Positions 17,280 to 28,211 of a DNA stretch of 64,000 bases are shown piece by piece (the first letter of the stretch is position 1; every line of letters starts with the position of its first letter). The position numbers were made by a program, and so were the translations under genes. The stretch comes from Candidatus Bathyarchaeota archaeon. Its GTDB lineage: Archaea; Thermoproteota; Bathyarchaeia; 40CM-2-53-6. The stretch is taken from assembly GCA_963780265.1 (NCBI GenBank), contig CAWABQ010000010.1, positions 32,288 to 96,287 of the forward strand, in the 5' to 3' direction. Under the pieces are notes generated by a model. That model was not told the origin of the DNA. It did no database searches and saw only the letters and a program-made list of their open reading frames with translations.

Positions 17280-17945
17280 ATGTCTGAGATTGAAGAAAAA
17301 GAGGGAATGCCGAAGTCGGAGGACCTACTCCTCCCGCTCGAAGAGCTACTTGCCGCAGGACTACACATAGGCACCCGGATTAAGACTGGCGACATGGAAC
17401 CTTACATCTATCGCGTTAGGCCCGATGGGCTATTCATACTAAACATCGGGAAGACTGATGAAAAGATTCGTGTGGCAGCCCGCTTTATCGCACGCTTCGA
17501 GGAGGGCCGTGTACTTATTGTTTCCTCGAGGCTCTATGGGAAAACTCCCGTCGAGAAGTTCTGTGAAATAACGAAGACCGTCCCCATCATTGGTCGTTTC
17601 ATGCCGGGTCTCATCTCAAACCCACTACAACCGTACCATGCAGACCCGCAAGTTATCATGGTAACCGACCCGAGAGCAGATTGGCAGGCGATTAAGGAAG
17701 CGACCAGCGCGGGCGTTCCCGTGATAGCCCTCGGCGACACAGACAACGTTTTCAGCGGAGTCGATCTCGCAATTCCCGTGAACAACAAAGGGCGACGCAC
17801 GTTGGCAATGGTTTACTGGTTGCTGGCACGTCAGGTCCTGCGTGAAAGAGGAGAACTCGCCCAAGATGGTACAATAACTGCTACCGTGGATGATTTCGAG
17901 ACAAAGTTGGCAGCTATCGCCCCGAGAGCGGGCGGCGAGCTTTGA
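17280..17945 (+). CDS. rps2: 30S ribosomal protein S2 (uS2)
   Basis: LLAAGLHIGTRIKTGDMEPYIYRVRPDGLFILNIGKT...VIALGDTDN. Confidence 0.85.
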   Translation: MSEIEEKEGMPKSEDLLLPLEELLAAGLHIGTRIKTGDMEPYIYRVRPDGLFILNIGKTDEKIRVAARFIARFEEGRVLIVSSRLYGKTPVEKFCEITKTVPIIGRFMPGLISNPLQPYHADPQVIMVTDPRADWQAIKEATSAGVPVIALGDTDNVFSGVDLAIPVNNKGRRTLAMVYWLLARQVLRERGELAQDGTITATVDDFETKLAAIAPRAGGEL

Positions 17946-18796
17946 AAATTCGGAAGCCCTATGTGGCGAACGCATTCTACGCCGGAACGAAAACTGAACT
18001 AACCAAACAGATAGTCAGTTGCTTCACCCACCGCTTTGGTCCGGGACAAGTTCCGAAGGTCGTCGAGCGTGGGGGTCCTAGGAAAATCCTTGGCCTAGTG
18101 TCTCCGCACGCAGGGTATATGTATTCAGGACCAGTGGCGGCGAATGGCTATCGCCACCTTGCGGCTGACGGGATACCGGAAGTATTTGTAATCCTCGGCC
18201 CCAACCACACAGGCTACGGAAGCGGGGTCTCTATTCTAACCGATGGCGCTTGGGAGACTCCCGTCGGCATCACCTCAGTGGATAGCGGCCTAGCGAAACA
18301 AATCCAGAAAGCGAGCAACATTTTGGATATCGATGAAGCCTCGCATTCCTCTGAGCATTCCATCGAAGTCCAGCTGCCTTTCATTCAATTCCTCTTCAAG
18401 GATGGCCCGAAGTTCATACCAATCTGCATGATGATGCAAGACCTGCAGACGAGTCGAGATATGGCGAAGAGTATCGTTGAACAGTGCAAAGGTAAGAATT
18501 TCATTATAATCGCATCGAGCGATTTTACGCATTACGAAACCCACGAGAGTGCGGTCAGGAAGGACAAGATGGCCATCGACGCGATCACGAACCTCGATGA
18601 CGCCACCCTTAACGCGCTCGGGGACACCAACCGAGTAACCATGTGTGGTTACGGCCCAATTACAACGCTCATAGCGGCCGCAAAGATGTTGGGCGGCATT
18701 AAGGCGGAATTGCTAGCTTACAAAACCAGCGGCGACATAACAGGGGACAAGAGTTCCGTGGTGGGGTACTCCTCAATCCTCTTCACGCGTGAGTAA
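17942..18796 (+). CDS. MEMO1-family protein (AmmeMemoRadiSam system protein B homolog)
   Basis: ILGLVSPHAGYMYSGPVAANGY...FVILGPNHTG...SSDFTHYE. Conserved archaeal position between rps2 and mvk. Confidence 0.75.
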   Translation: MKIRKPYVANAFYAGTKTELTKQIVSCFTHRFGPGQVPKVVERGGPRKILGLVSPHAGYMYSGPVAANGYRHLAADGIPEVFVILGPNHTGYGSGVSILTDGAWETPVGITSVDSGLAKQIQKASNILDIDEASHSSEHSIEVQLPFIQFLFKDGPKFIPICMMMQDLQTSRDMAKSIVEQCKGKNFIIIASSDFTHYETHESAVRKDKMAIDAITNLDDATLNALGDTNRVTMCGYGPITTLIAAAKMLGGIKAELLAYKTSGDITGDKSSVVGYSSILFTRE

Positions 18797-18816
18797 CGCT
18801 AGGCAATCGGGGCCGA

Positions 18817-19809
18817 ATGTTGAAGGCTGTCGCAGTATCGCCTGCAAAGGTAATTCTATTTGGGGAACACTTCGTTGTGGGAGGCAACACCGCAATATCA
18901 ATGACGATTGATTTGCCCACCGTTGTAACGGCCGAACCCTTCGACGGTGACCATATTCAAATCCGGTCGGAAGACCTAGGGGTCGAAGCCGTTTTTTCCC
19001 CCGGTGGACAGCTCAGTTACAGCTCGGGCGCCAATGCCGAGGCCACGCTACGCCCAATCTTCGAAGCTGCAAGCTTCATTCTCAGGAAAATCGAGCGTTC
19101 TGGCCGAGGGTTGAAACTCGCCGTGAAGTCGCAAGTCCCCATAGGCATGGGCCTAGGTTCATCAGCAGCGACCGCTGTCGGGACTGTCTCGGCAATAACG
19201 ACTTTGCTGGGCTCGCCGCTTTCTAAAGAGGAAGTTTTCGCCTCCGCGTACTCACTTGAGAAAATGGTGCACGGACAGCCGTCAGGTGTCGACCAAGCCA
19301 CCCTCACATATGGTGGGCTCATTAGCTATACGAAAGGTAAAGTGGACTCTACGCTTCAAGAAATCGAGCCCCCGTTGCTTATAATTGGCAATACGGGGAA
19401 GCGCAGGTCTACCGGCGAGTTTGTTGGAAGAGTCACGAAGCTCAGGGAAACTCAACCGGAGAAGTATGGCAGAATTGCTTCAGAGGCTCAGAAGATATCG
19501 GATAGTGCTATGGCCGCGTTGATAAACGGAGAGGTTGAAGCCCTGGGCGCATTGATGAATGAGAATCAGCGATTGCTTGAGTTAGTTGGCGTTTCATCTC
19601 CTGAACTTGAGCGACTGATTTCCGCTGCCAAGTCAGCTGGGGCGTTCGGCGCGAAACTCACTGGAGGTGGTGGCGGCGGATGCATGATAGCAGTCGTGGG
19701 GGAAGCAACACACGCAGGGGTTTCGCGTTCTATACAACAGGCGGGTGGCCAGGTGCTCCCAAGTCAGTTCGTCCCGCATGGAGTTCAAACCTCACTTCAA
19801 AAGGACTGA
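18817..19809 (+). CDS. mvk: mevalonate kinase (GHMP kinase)
   Basis: KVILFGEHFVVGGNTAI and PIGMGLGSSAATAV (GHMP ATP-binding motif). Position after the memo gene. Confidence 0.8.
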   Translation: MLKAVAVSPAKVILFGEHFVVGGNTAISMTIDLPTVVTAEPFDGDHIQIRSEDLGVEAVFSPGGQLSYSSGANAEATLRPIFEAASFILRKIERSGRGLKLAVKSQVPIGMGLGSSAATAVGTVSAITTLLGSPLSKEEVFASAYSLEKMVHGQPSGVDQATLTYGGLISYTKGKVDSTLQEIEPPLLIIGNTGKRRSTGEFVGRVTKLRETQPEKYGRIASEAQKISDSAMAALINGEVEALGALMNENQRLLELVGVSSPELERLISAAKSAGAFGAKLTGGGGGGCMIAVVGEATHAGVSRSIQQAGGQVLPSQFVPHGVQTSLQKD

Positions 19810-19866
19810 CCTGCCAAATCCCCAAACTTCAAAGGTGATGATTTGCTCTCAGTAAAGTGATTCCAA

Positions 19867-21112
19867 ATGTCGAGGAGTTCGGAACTGTCCGGGTTCTACA
19901 AGCTTCCTGTGGCGGATAGGGTGCGACTGCTGAAGGATTTCGCCCGATTAACCGAAGAGGAAGCTGGTTTGCTCCAGAAGCCTGGGGCGCTCGGCTTTGA
20001 CGTTGCGAACCGCATGGTCGAAAATTTGGTGGGCGTTATGCCAGTGCCGCTGGGTGTGGCGATGAATTTTCTAATCAACGGAAGAGACGTGGTCGTACCG
20101 ATGGCTATTGAAGAACCATCGGTAATCGCGGCTGCCAGCAATGCCGCCAAAATGAGCCGGCTGAAGGGTGGTTTCCACGCAACTTCCACGGACCCAATTA
20201 TGATTGGGCAAATACAAATTGTGGGCGTTCAGGATGCGCATAGGGCTCGGTTCGAAATACTCGCAGATAAAGCTGAGATTTTGAAACACGCCAACGAACA
20301 GGATCCGGTCCTTGTATCCCTAGGTGGGAGCCCGCGATTTAGAAGTACGAATCATCGACACTTTCCTCGGACGGATGGTCATCGCTGAGCTACTGGTTGA
20401 CTGTCGAGACGCGATGGGTGCGAACGCGGTGAACACTATGGTGGAGGCAGTTGCTCCCATCGTTGAGCGGATTTCGGGTGGGCGAGTTTGCTTGCGCATA
20501 ATTTCCAATTTGGCCGTGAAACGCCTTGCCCGCGCCAAAGCAACCTTCACCAAAGAGGCGCTGGGCGGAGAAAATGTTGTTGACGGGATCGTGAATGCAT
20601 ACGCATTCGCTGCAGCAGACCCATACCGATGCGCGACCCATAACAAAGGAATCATGAACGGCGTATCCGCTGTCGTACTGGCCACGGGCAACGACACCAG
20701 AGCGATTGAAGCTGGGGCCCACGCATATGCCGCTCGTTCGGGCCATTATACCTCGCTGACAACTTGGGAGAAGGACAGCAATGGTGACTTAGTGGGGACC
20801 CTTGAAATGCCCATGGCGGTTGGGATAGTTGGAGGGGCCACAGCTTCGAATCCGGTAGCAAAATTAGCTGTCAAAATTCTCGGCGTCAAGACGGCGAAAG
20901 AATTGGGTGAAGTGATCGTCTCAGTCGGACTAGCGCAGAACCTTGCGGCGCTTAGAGCCCTAGCGACTGAGGGAATTCAACGCGGCCACATGAACCTGCA
21001 CGCCCGCAACATCGCAATTAGCGCAGGCGCGACGGACGACCTTATCGACAAAATCAGCGAACAAATGGTGGCTGAAAAAAGATTCGAGTTGATCGGGCCA
21101 AGGAGTTGCTAG
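19867..21112 (+). CDS. hmgA: 3-hydroxy-3-methylglutaryl-CoA reductase, frameshifted in this assembly
   Basis: [17 protein letters not shown]...[18 protein letters not shown] then a shift near 20335 (G-run). Continues [12 protein letters not shown]...[11 protein letters not shown]...[14 protein letters not shown]...HMNLHARN. Confidence 0.75.
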
Positions 21113-21121
21113 AAAAATACT

Positions 21122-21472
21122 CTAAGCGCTAGTTGTTGGCGTTTCTATTTCAACGACCGCTTCCATGCGGCGAACCTTTGGTATGGCGTCTTTCTCCATC
21201 CACTCCGAGATCGTATCATAGACTTTCCTGTAATACTTCTTTGTTGCGTGCTTAACGATTCCAAGCCGCTCCATTCTTCTGATGTACCGCCATTTCATAC
21301 TTCGTGAAATTTTGTCGCCCAATAGCCGGTCGACGTCAACTTTCTTGAAGACTTTGGGGAGGTGGGCGAATGTTCCAACAATTTCCTTCGGAAAAGCCGT
21401 CAGAGACTCTTTGGAAAGTTTCCGCTTGCCGCGCGAATCAAGCCCGCGCAACCGGCTGCCATTAACTCTCAA
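21122..21472 (-). CDS. hypothetical basic protein, possible winged-helix DNA-binding
   Basis: ORF 116 aa, KWRYIRRMERLGIVKH. Low-information assignment. Confidence 0.3.
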   Translation of the reverse strand: MRVNGSRLRGLDSRGKRKLSKESLTAFPKEIVGTFAHLPKVFKKVDVDRLLGDKISRSMKWRYIRRMERLGIVKHATKKYYRKVYDTISEWMEKDAIPKVRRMEAVVEIETPTTSA

Positions 21473-21561
21473 AACAATGCCTTCTGGGAGGACGGGTACG
21501 GTTCTGATATCATAAAAATGTTATGAGCCACGCTCTCACAGACAAATACCCGTAGATTCCG

Positions 21562-22450
21562 TCAAATCGTCCCGATTAGGAAGGCCAACAGGCCGAACGT
21601 CATCCAGACGAGCACGTAGTTCTTGTTCCTTTTCGCATTTCTAGGACTTGAATTTGTAACCAGGGAATAAGCGGTTAGCAGAAACCCGATGTCACAGATA
21701 GCAACCAAAGGAATGTAGTAGTAGGAGACGATTCCCAAGATGAGGGGTAGGCCACTGAGGGCTACTGCAGCAACAAATAGAAACGCGCCATACTTCGCGG
21801 CCTTGGTGCTTCCTTTCGTCGCAGCCACCGACTTGACTCCCTTAGCAGTGTCGCCGGAGACATCAACAATTCCCTTAACAATTTCCCGTCCCATGCTCGA
21901 GAGGAAAGCAAGGAAAGAGAAAATTCCTAGCGACCAAGTGAGGCTTGCCACAACGAACCCACCGTAAACGAAAGGAATTGCGACATTCGCACTTACGAGC
22001 GATGTTGCCCAAGAGGCCGGTCTTCTTGAGCCGCGCATTATACAAGACCATGACAATCACGCTCATGATAGCAATCATGAGTGTCGCCAAGCCGGAATTC
22101 GATGCGGACCAAAAACCGATTGCTCCTAGGATTAATGAGAATGAAAGTGCTTCGGGGGGCTTGACTACTCCAGCCGGTAGGGGTCGTCCCGGTTCGTTGA
22201 TTGCATCAATTTCCCGGTCGAAGTAGTCGTTCGAAACCATCGAAGCGGCTAAGAGAAGAAAAGCCGTCATGAACCCATAGAATGCTGCTCTCACTGGGAC
22301 AGTAGCTGAAGCTATCAACTCACCGACAATAACCGCAAAACCAATCATGACACAGTTAGGTAGGCGCATCATAGAAAGTAGGCCGGCGATTTTTCGAATA
22401 GGGGAAACATAAGATTGCAATAAGCCCCGCCCTTCGGCCTTGAAGTTCAA
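21562..22450 (-). CDS. UbiA-family prenyltransferase, likely digeranylgeranylglyceryl phosphate synthase; frameshifted in this assembly
   Basis: Two overlapping ORFs (191 and 164 aa) together give about 296 aa. NDYFDREIDAINEPGRPLPAG (first Asp-rich motif) and IVDVSGD (second). Divergent from the GGGP synthase gene. Confidence 0.65.
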
Positions 22451-23113
22451 CCTTCAAACGCAACCAGTCTTAATAGTATTGCAGGCCCGCTTCAACTCTT
22501 AGAGCCCGTCCCTTGATGAGATGAGTGTGAATCAAGACTTGGGATACCGTCAAAGCATCTTCCGCGGCGGTCACTGAAACTGGAATGGACAATGCCTGAC
22601 CGACCTCATTTGCCGTAACGTAAGCTGTTACAGTAACGGCAGATATTCGCGCATTAGAAGGCCGCATCGCTGGCACCTTATGAGTCTCAGTAGCCTTCCC
22701 TTTTCGTCAAAGTCCTGGCTGATTTCACGCACTCGACCGTGCTGGCATACGTTCGCCGAAACGGTCTCCATGTCTGATGGCACAGTCGTTGCATAGACAA
22801 TTTGGTCTGCGTCTCTATTCTCCTTCTAGGCTGCATTTTGCCTGTGCTGGCAGCAAGCAGTAAATGGCACTTAACGCTTGGTGAGCGTGTGGCAATCCTT
22901 ACACGCGGCAGATAATTCCACTAAGTGGAACTAGTTTCTTATCAAGGTGGGATGACAGAAATGTATACGCAAGAAAGCCTGGGCATCAAATGCGTTGGCT
23001 CAAGTTAGGAGTCACTCTTGTAACTGTTGACGAGCGCCAAGACCTGCGTGCGAGAGCATCAATCTCCGAAGTTATACTGTCTTCCGACGGGATTGAAACG
23101 CTCCAGTCTAATT

Positions 23114-23356
23114 CTATCTCCCCCGTGTCAGGGGCGTAGTGGAACATGGATTCGGCTCGCAGCATTCCAGCTTTGTCCAGGAGGGCCTTGGGACTGCGAG
23201 TAGCAACCGCAGCTGCTTGCTGCCAGTCGCGGACACGTCGACCGTCGTGCTTGTTCTTAGGTTGGGCAAAGTGAAGAAGCCTAGTGCACTTCCCAGTAGA
23301 ACACCCAGCCCTTTCTTCAGGAAACCCCTACGATTAGACAAGGATGCGAAACCCAA
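23114..23356 (-). CDS. small ORF with twin-arginine (Tat) signal peptide; possibly a fragment of a longer gene
   Basis: SNRRGFLKKGLGVLLGSALGFFTL matches S/T-R-R-x-F-L-K plus h-region. No recognisable mature domain. Surrounding 850 nt lack ORFs. Confidence 0.25.
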   Translation of the reverse strand: MGFASLSNRRGFLKKGLGVLLGSALGFFTLPNLRTSTTVDVSATGSKQLRLLLAVPRPSWTKLECCEPNPCSTTPLTRGR

Positions 23357-23532
23357 GCAAATGCCTCGCTCCTACGGTTATATCACTTGCGCCCATCAAT
23401 ATGGCGCTCAGAGGGAAGCGGGCGCGAACGAACTGGCAACTGACGCCAAACCCGACGCTTTTAATAGTATCGCACTCAGTTTCTGAGAACACTCCACTCC
23501 CTTCGCTAGCATAAGTCGGTGGGCCGCATCCT

Positions 23533-24282
23533 TTGGGCGATATCAGAATTGGTAATGTAGAAAATCACCTGCAGAATGTGATTAGGAAACAAGGAGCCGC
23601 CCATCTCACCTTATTTGACCCGGAAAAACTCACCCCCATAGCCGCAAGGAACTTGGCGTTGGAAGTTAAGAAGGCCGGCACCGCTGCCGCAATGGTTGGC
23701 GGTTCAACTGCGACCTCGGTTTATGAGCTTGACGCAATTGTAAAGGCGATCAAGTCCGCAGGGCTCTACGTGATTTTGTTTCCAAACGATGTTGCGGGCC
23801 TGAGCCAGAACGCTGACGCTGTTTTCTTCATGTCCCTGCTGAATTCAATCAACCCGTATTACCTATCGGGCGCGCAAGCACTTGGGGCGCCTTTAGTGAA
23901 ACGCTACGGGCTTGAGCCGATTCCCCTCGCATACCTGATTGTTGGAGAACATGGCGGTGCGGCCGGGTTTGTGGGAAACGCCAACCCCATTCCCTACGAC
24001 AAGCCCGAGCTGGCAGCAATTTACGCACTTGCGGCCGAATATCTCGGGATGCGCTTCGTCTACCTTGAAGCAGGCTCCGGGGCGAGGAAAGCAGTATCGC
24101 CTGGGATGGTGCGGGCGGTCAACCAAACATGCCATATGAACATAATCGCCGGCGGCGGCATCAGAACTCCATCTCAGGCTAAGGAGTTGGTTGACGCGGG
24201 AGCGAGCCTGATTGTCACGGGTACCATAGCTGAAAAGGCGTCTGTAGCAAGGTTGCGAGCCATAATTCGAGCCATTCACTGA
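23533..24282 (+). CDS. geranylgeranylglyceryl phosphate synthase (PcrB/GGGPS family)
   Basis: TIM-barrel phosphate-binding motifs GGSTAT...YLEAGSGA...IIAGGGIRT. About 249 aa. Confidence 0.75.
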   Translation: MGDIRIGNVENHLQNVIRKQGAAHLTLFDPEKLTPIAARNLALEVKKAGTAAAMVGGSTATSVYELDAIVKAIKSAGLYVILFPNDVAGLSQNADAVFFMSLLNSINPYYLSGAQALGAPLVKRYGLEPIPLAYLIVGEHGGAAGFVGNANPIPYDKPELAAIYALAAEYLGMRFVYLEAGSGARKAVSPGMVRAVNQTCHMNIIAGGGIRTPSQAKELVDAGASLIVTGTIAEKASVARLRAIIRAIH

Positions 24283-24302
24283 ATTCTGGCTGCGGAAGCT
24301 TC

Positions 24303-26113
24303 TTGGCTCGTTCCTTTTCCAAACGCATCAGTGGGACAACTCCTTACTACAACCTGATCCGGCGTGTGGCCTTCCCGTCGACCAGGACTATCATTATCGT
24401 CTCGCTAGTTCTCACAACCGTCGGAATCGGCCTGTCTTTCTCGTTCGCTGAGCGGACGATGGCATTCTTTGTATTTGGAGCGGCATGGGGGATTATTGCC
24501 TTAATCCTACCATCCTTTGTATCTGACATCCTGCTGTATTTCACGATAATGAAACAAGACCCGTTGTTCTATTTTAGAAGGTGCCTCTCACTGTCGCTCT
24601 TTACCATAATTACTTGGGTGGTGATCTTCTTGATCAGCTCAGTCATAGCGATCTTGGACCAGAGGTTCATTTTTCCTGATTTCGCCATTATACTGGGGCT
24701 CTTCGCGTGATCCCTCCGCGTGCACTCGCAATATTTTCCTTGTCCAGAACTAGCTTCTCCAAGAGAGCCACCTTCACGCTCATGGAGCCAAGCCTAACCG
24801 TACTCTTAGCGATCATCGTGTTCGGTGCACCGTTAGCGCGAATGATAAATGGGTTGGTTCTGTCCTCGATTGTGGGGCTAAGTTTCGCTTTCGCCGTAAT
24901 CGTCCTCGTTGAAGTTTACGGCCGCAGAGCCATCGGCTTCTCGCCCATCCGAATGTTCAGAGCCTTCCTGTCAGACTGGCTTGAGTGTGAAAACCAGGAA
25001 CTTGAATCCTATCTCAATGAGCTTGGGGTCGAAACCGAAATAGATGCCACAGCTCTTGCATTCCGCAAGAAAGGCTCCGATACTATCAAGGGCGTTATGT
25101 TCGTCTCCAACTTTCACCCTGGGCCTTTCTTGAACATCGGTAGCAGCGTACTCCCTTATCTCATGTATTCCGTAATGAGCAGAAGGTTCAATGCGGTGAC
25201 CCTCGTACCACACGGCGTTTCAGGGCACGAATTGAATTTGGTTTCCCAAGAGCAGAACGCCAGAATTATTCGGTGGGTACTTACAGGGTTGGAGCATGCG
25301 CATTACGATGGCAACGCCAGTCGGGTTACGAGAATGAGTAACGAAATTGCCACCGCAACGTCCCAAGTCTTCAACGGATGCGCCCTCGTAACGATGACCA
25401 CCTCGCCCTCTGACATGGAAGACGTCCCGTCCGAAGTAGCCAACAGGTTGTCAGGCCTCACTCATGGAAGGTTCCGCCACTTGGCGTTGGTCGACGCCCA
25501 TAATTGCCTCACGGGTCCTGCGACCATGACCTCTCAAAAAGTAGGAGCCTTGGAGGAAGCGGCTTTATCCAGTCTGCAAGTAACCGCCGAAGAGGCGGTA
25601 AGCTCATTCAAGGTCGGTGTGGCCCACAAAATGCCAGGATTTACTTTAAAGGATGGATTTGGCCCCGGAGGGATTTGTGTAATGGGAATCGAAGTTTCCG
25701 GGCAACGCTTCGCGTATGTGAACGTTGATGGGAACAACATGGCCAGTGGCCTAAGAGAGGAAATCATGAAGGCGATCAAGAACGTTGGATTTGATGATGG
25801 GGAAGTCATGACCTCTGATACGCATATGGTGAATGGAATCGTCTCTGCCCGCTTAGGCTACTACACGGTAGGTGAGGCGGTGCCTTGGACTCGGGTGCTC
25901 GGCGAGGTTACTGAAGCTTGCCGCGAGGCATTGGCCAACTTGGAGACATGTGAGGTCGGGGCAGTTTCAGGCCAAGTCCCCGTGACCACCCTCGGATCGA
26001 AGTCGCTTCGCCGCGTCATGGGCGTTGTTTACAGAACCTCAAAACTAACCACGATAACTCTCTTCCCGATTGGTGTCGCAATCACCGTACTGTCGTTACT
26101 CTTCTTGGTGTAA
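24303..26113 (+). CDS. DUF2070-family membrane protein (N-terminal TM domain plus large soluble domain); probably one gene split by a frameshift at 24707
   Basis: ORFs of 135 aa (all TM) and 468 aa overlap by GTGA. The second begins with further TM helices, then FHPGPFLN and HGVSGHELNL motifs. The sum of about 600 aa matches DUF2070 size. Confidence 0.45.
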
Positions 26114-26183
26114 ACCTTGATCCAGGCCATTTCTCGCGATTCGCATTACATGCAACTTCCAAGGGAAGTGTTAATCGGGAAAG

Positions 26184-27188
26184 ATGTCTGCGACTTCGGT
26201 TGGTGAAACACTCACCCGCCTTGGATTTCGCGGACCTGCACTAGTCGTCACCGGCCACAAAGTGGTATCGATTGCCGGTGGAACTGTGCTAGAATCCCTG
26301 CAGCGCGCCGGTTTCAAATCGTCAACAATACTTGTCGATAATGCAACAACCGACCAAGTCACACTGGTGGAAAATGAAATTCGAAGCAAGAAGCCTGACA
26401 TAGTTGTTGGAGTCGGTGGCGGGAAGGACATTGACATAGCTAAATTGAGCAGCATGAAAGCCTCAACTAGCTTCCTAAGCGTCCCAACGGCAGCATCCCA
26501 TGACGGCATAGCTAGCCCGCTAGTATCCATGAAGGGATTGGACCGACCCTACTCATACGCCGCCCATTCACCCATCGCAATAGTCGCCGACATATCGATA
26601 ATCGCCAAATCCCCGTATCCCCTCATCGCGAGCGGATGCGGCGACGTCGTCGCGAAGTACACAGCGGTTCGAGACTGGAAGCTTGCCCATAGAATCAAGA
26701 ATGAGTATTACGGCGATTATGCCGCTGAGCTTGCGCTTATGAGCGTGCGCCTAGTAATGAAGAACGCAAACAGCATACGAGCGATGTCAGACTCGGGAGT
26801 ACGCACACTGGTTGAGGCATTGATTAGCTGCGGAGTTGCAATGAGCATCGCCGGAACCAGCCGACCCTGCAGCGGTGCAGAGCACTTGTTCAGCCACGCA
26901 TTGGCAATGGTTGCCCCCAAACCGGCGCTGCATGGCGAGCAGTGTGGGGTCGGGACGATAATGTGCGCCTACCTACATGGGGCACATTGGCAACTGATCA
27001 AAGACGTCCTCCACACCATAGGGGCCCCCACAACTGCGAAGGAACTTGGAATCGAACCCGAATATATCGTGAAGGCGCTGACCATGGCCCATTCCATCAG
27101 GCCTGAACGTTACACGATCCTAGGGGAGAGCGGCCTCACTAAGGAGGCCGCGGAACGGGTTGCAACGCTCACAGGCGTAATCGACTAA
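26184..27188 (+). CDS. egsA: sn-glycerol-1-phosphate dehydrogenase (iron-ADH fold)
   Basis: VVGVGGGKDIDIAK (GGGxxxD nucleotide motif), HDG, and an archaeal lipid-gene context. Confidence 0.7.
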   Translation: MSATSVGETLTRLGFRGPALVVTGHKVVSIAGGTVLESLQRAGFKSSTILVDNATTDQVTLVENEIRSKKPDIVVGVGGGKDIDIAKLSSMKASTSFLSVPTAASHDGIASPLVSMKGLDRPYSYAAHSPIAIVADISIIAKSPYPLIASGCGDVVAKYTAVRDWKLAHRIKNEYYGDYAAELALMSVRLVMKNANSIRAMSDSGVRTLVEALISCGVAMSIAGTSRPCSGAEHLFSHALAMVAPKPALHGEQCGVGTIMCAYLHGAHWQLIKDVLHTIGAPTTAKELGIEPEYIVKALTMAHSIRPERYTILGESGLTKEAAERVATLTGVID

Positions 27189-27206
27189 TCGACACATGGT
27201 TGGCTG

Positions 27207-28184
27207 TTGACCTTGCCCAAAGCAACCGCAATAGCACACGCGATTCAAGGGCTCGTAAAATATCATGGGCTAAAGGACAGCAAACGAAGAATGCCGTACC
27301 ATGACAGTATATCCGTCTGCGTTGAAGAGCTGACCACAAAGGCTACTATCGAATTTGACCGCGAATATTCGCAGGACATCATAGAAATAAACGGTAAACC
27401 AGCGGGCAGCATAGAAGCTGCCCGAGTGCTCGCTGTTGTCTCACCGCTAAGGTCACTTGCGAAAACGAGGAGGCACTTCAAACTCTCGAGCAAGAACAAC
27501 CTTCCTCAAGGCAAAGGCCTCGGATTCTCAGCGTCGGCTTTCGCATCGATCGCTCAAGCTTCAAGCTCAGCTTTGAGCGTGAGGATGCAGCCGGAACGCC
27601 TAAGTGAATTTGCTCGACTCGGGGCAGGGTCTGCGAGCCGAAGCCTCGTGGGTGGCTTTTCAATTTGGTACGCCAACAAATACGGAAGCTCATATGCAGA
27701 ACAGCTCCCTACAAGTAGGAATCTGAACCTGGCCATGGCAATTGTTCCCATACCATCACAAGTTAGAACTGACATGGCGCATGAAGAGTCAGTTACATCG
27801 CCTTTCTTCTCTGCCAGGCTGAAGGAGGTGGGAAAGATCTTGCGGAGAATGCAGCGAGCGGTCAAATCGGGGGACGTCGACGAGATCGGTCGGCTTGCAG
27901 AAGCTGAATCGCTGAGCCTACATGCCGTAACGATGACCGGCAAGAGCGGGCTTGTTCTCATGGCTCAGGAAACAATTGGTGTAATACAGGGAATCGTGTC
28001 CCTGAGAGAAACCAACCACATACCAGTTTGGTATTCACTTGACACAGGCCCATCGGTCTACATCAACACCCACGCGGAATCCATCGATACTGTTTGCAGC
28101 GAAATTCGCAAGTACACGAACTTTCCAGTCCTCAAGAGCAAAGTCGGAGGACCCGCTCGCACAATCGAAGACCATCTCTTCTAG
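27207..28184 (+). CDS. mevalonate-(di/mono)phosphate decarboxylase family protein (GHMP fold)
   Basis: LPQGKGLGFSASAFASIAQA and GAGSASRSLVGG motifs typical of MVD/PMD enzymes. Confidence 0.6.
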   Translation: MTLPKATAIAHAIQGLVKYHGLKDSKRRMPYHDSISVCVEELTTKATIEFDREYSQDIIEINGKPAGSIEAARVLAVVSPLRSLAKTRRHFKLSSKNNLPQGKGLGFSASAFASIAQASSSALSVRMQPERLSEFARLGAGSASRSLVGGFSIWYANKYGSSYAEQLPTSRNLNLAMAIVPIPSQVRTDMAHEESVTSPFFSARLKEVGKILRRMQRAVKSGDVDEIGRLAEAESLSLHAVTMTGKSGLVLMAQETIGVIQGIVSLRETNHIPVWYSLDTGPSVYINTHAESIDTVCSEIRKYTNFPVLKSKVGGPARTIEDHLF

Positions 28185-28211
28185 AAGCGGAACCGAACCC
28201 ACACAAGGGCC

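Noticed and set aside
12907-17945. Possibility that the frameshifts in rps13, rpoD, rpl13 reflect programmed ribosomal frameshifting or real pseudogenes
   Set aside because: The shifts are single-base, occur in short homopolymers, and affect many unrelated essential genes across the window. Sequencing or assembly error is far more parsimonious.
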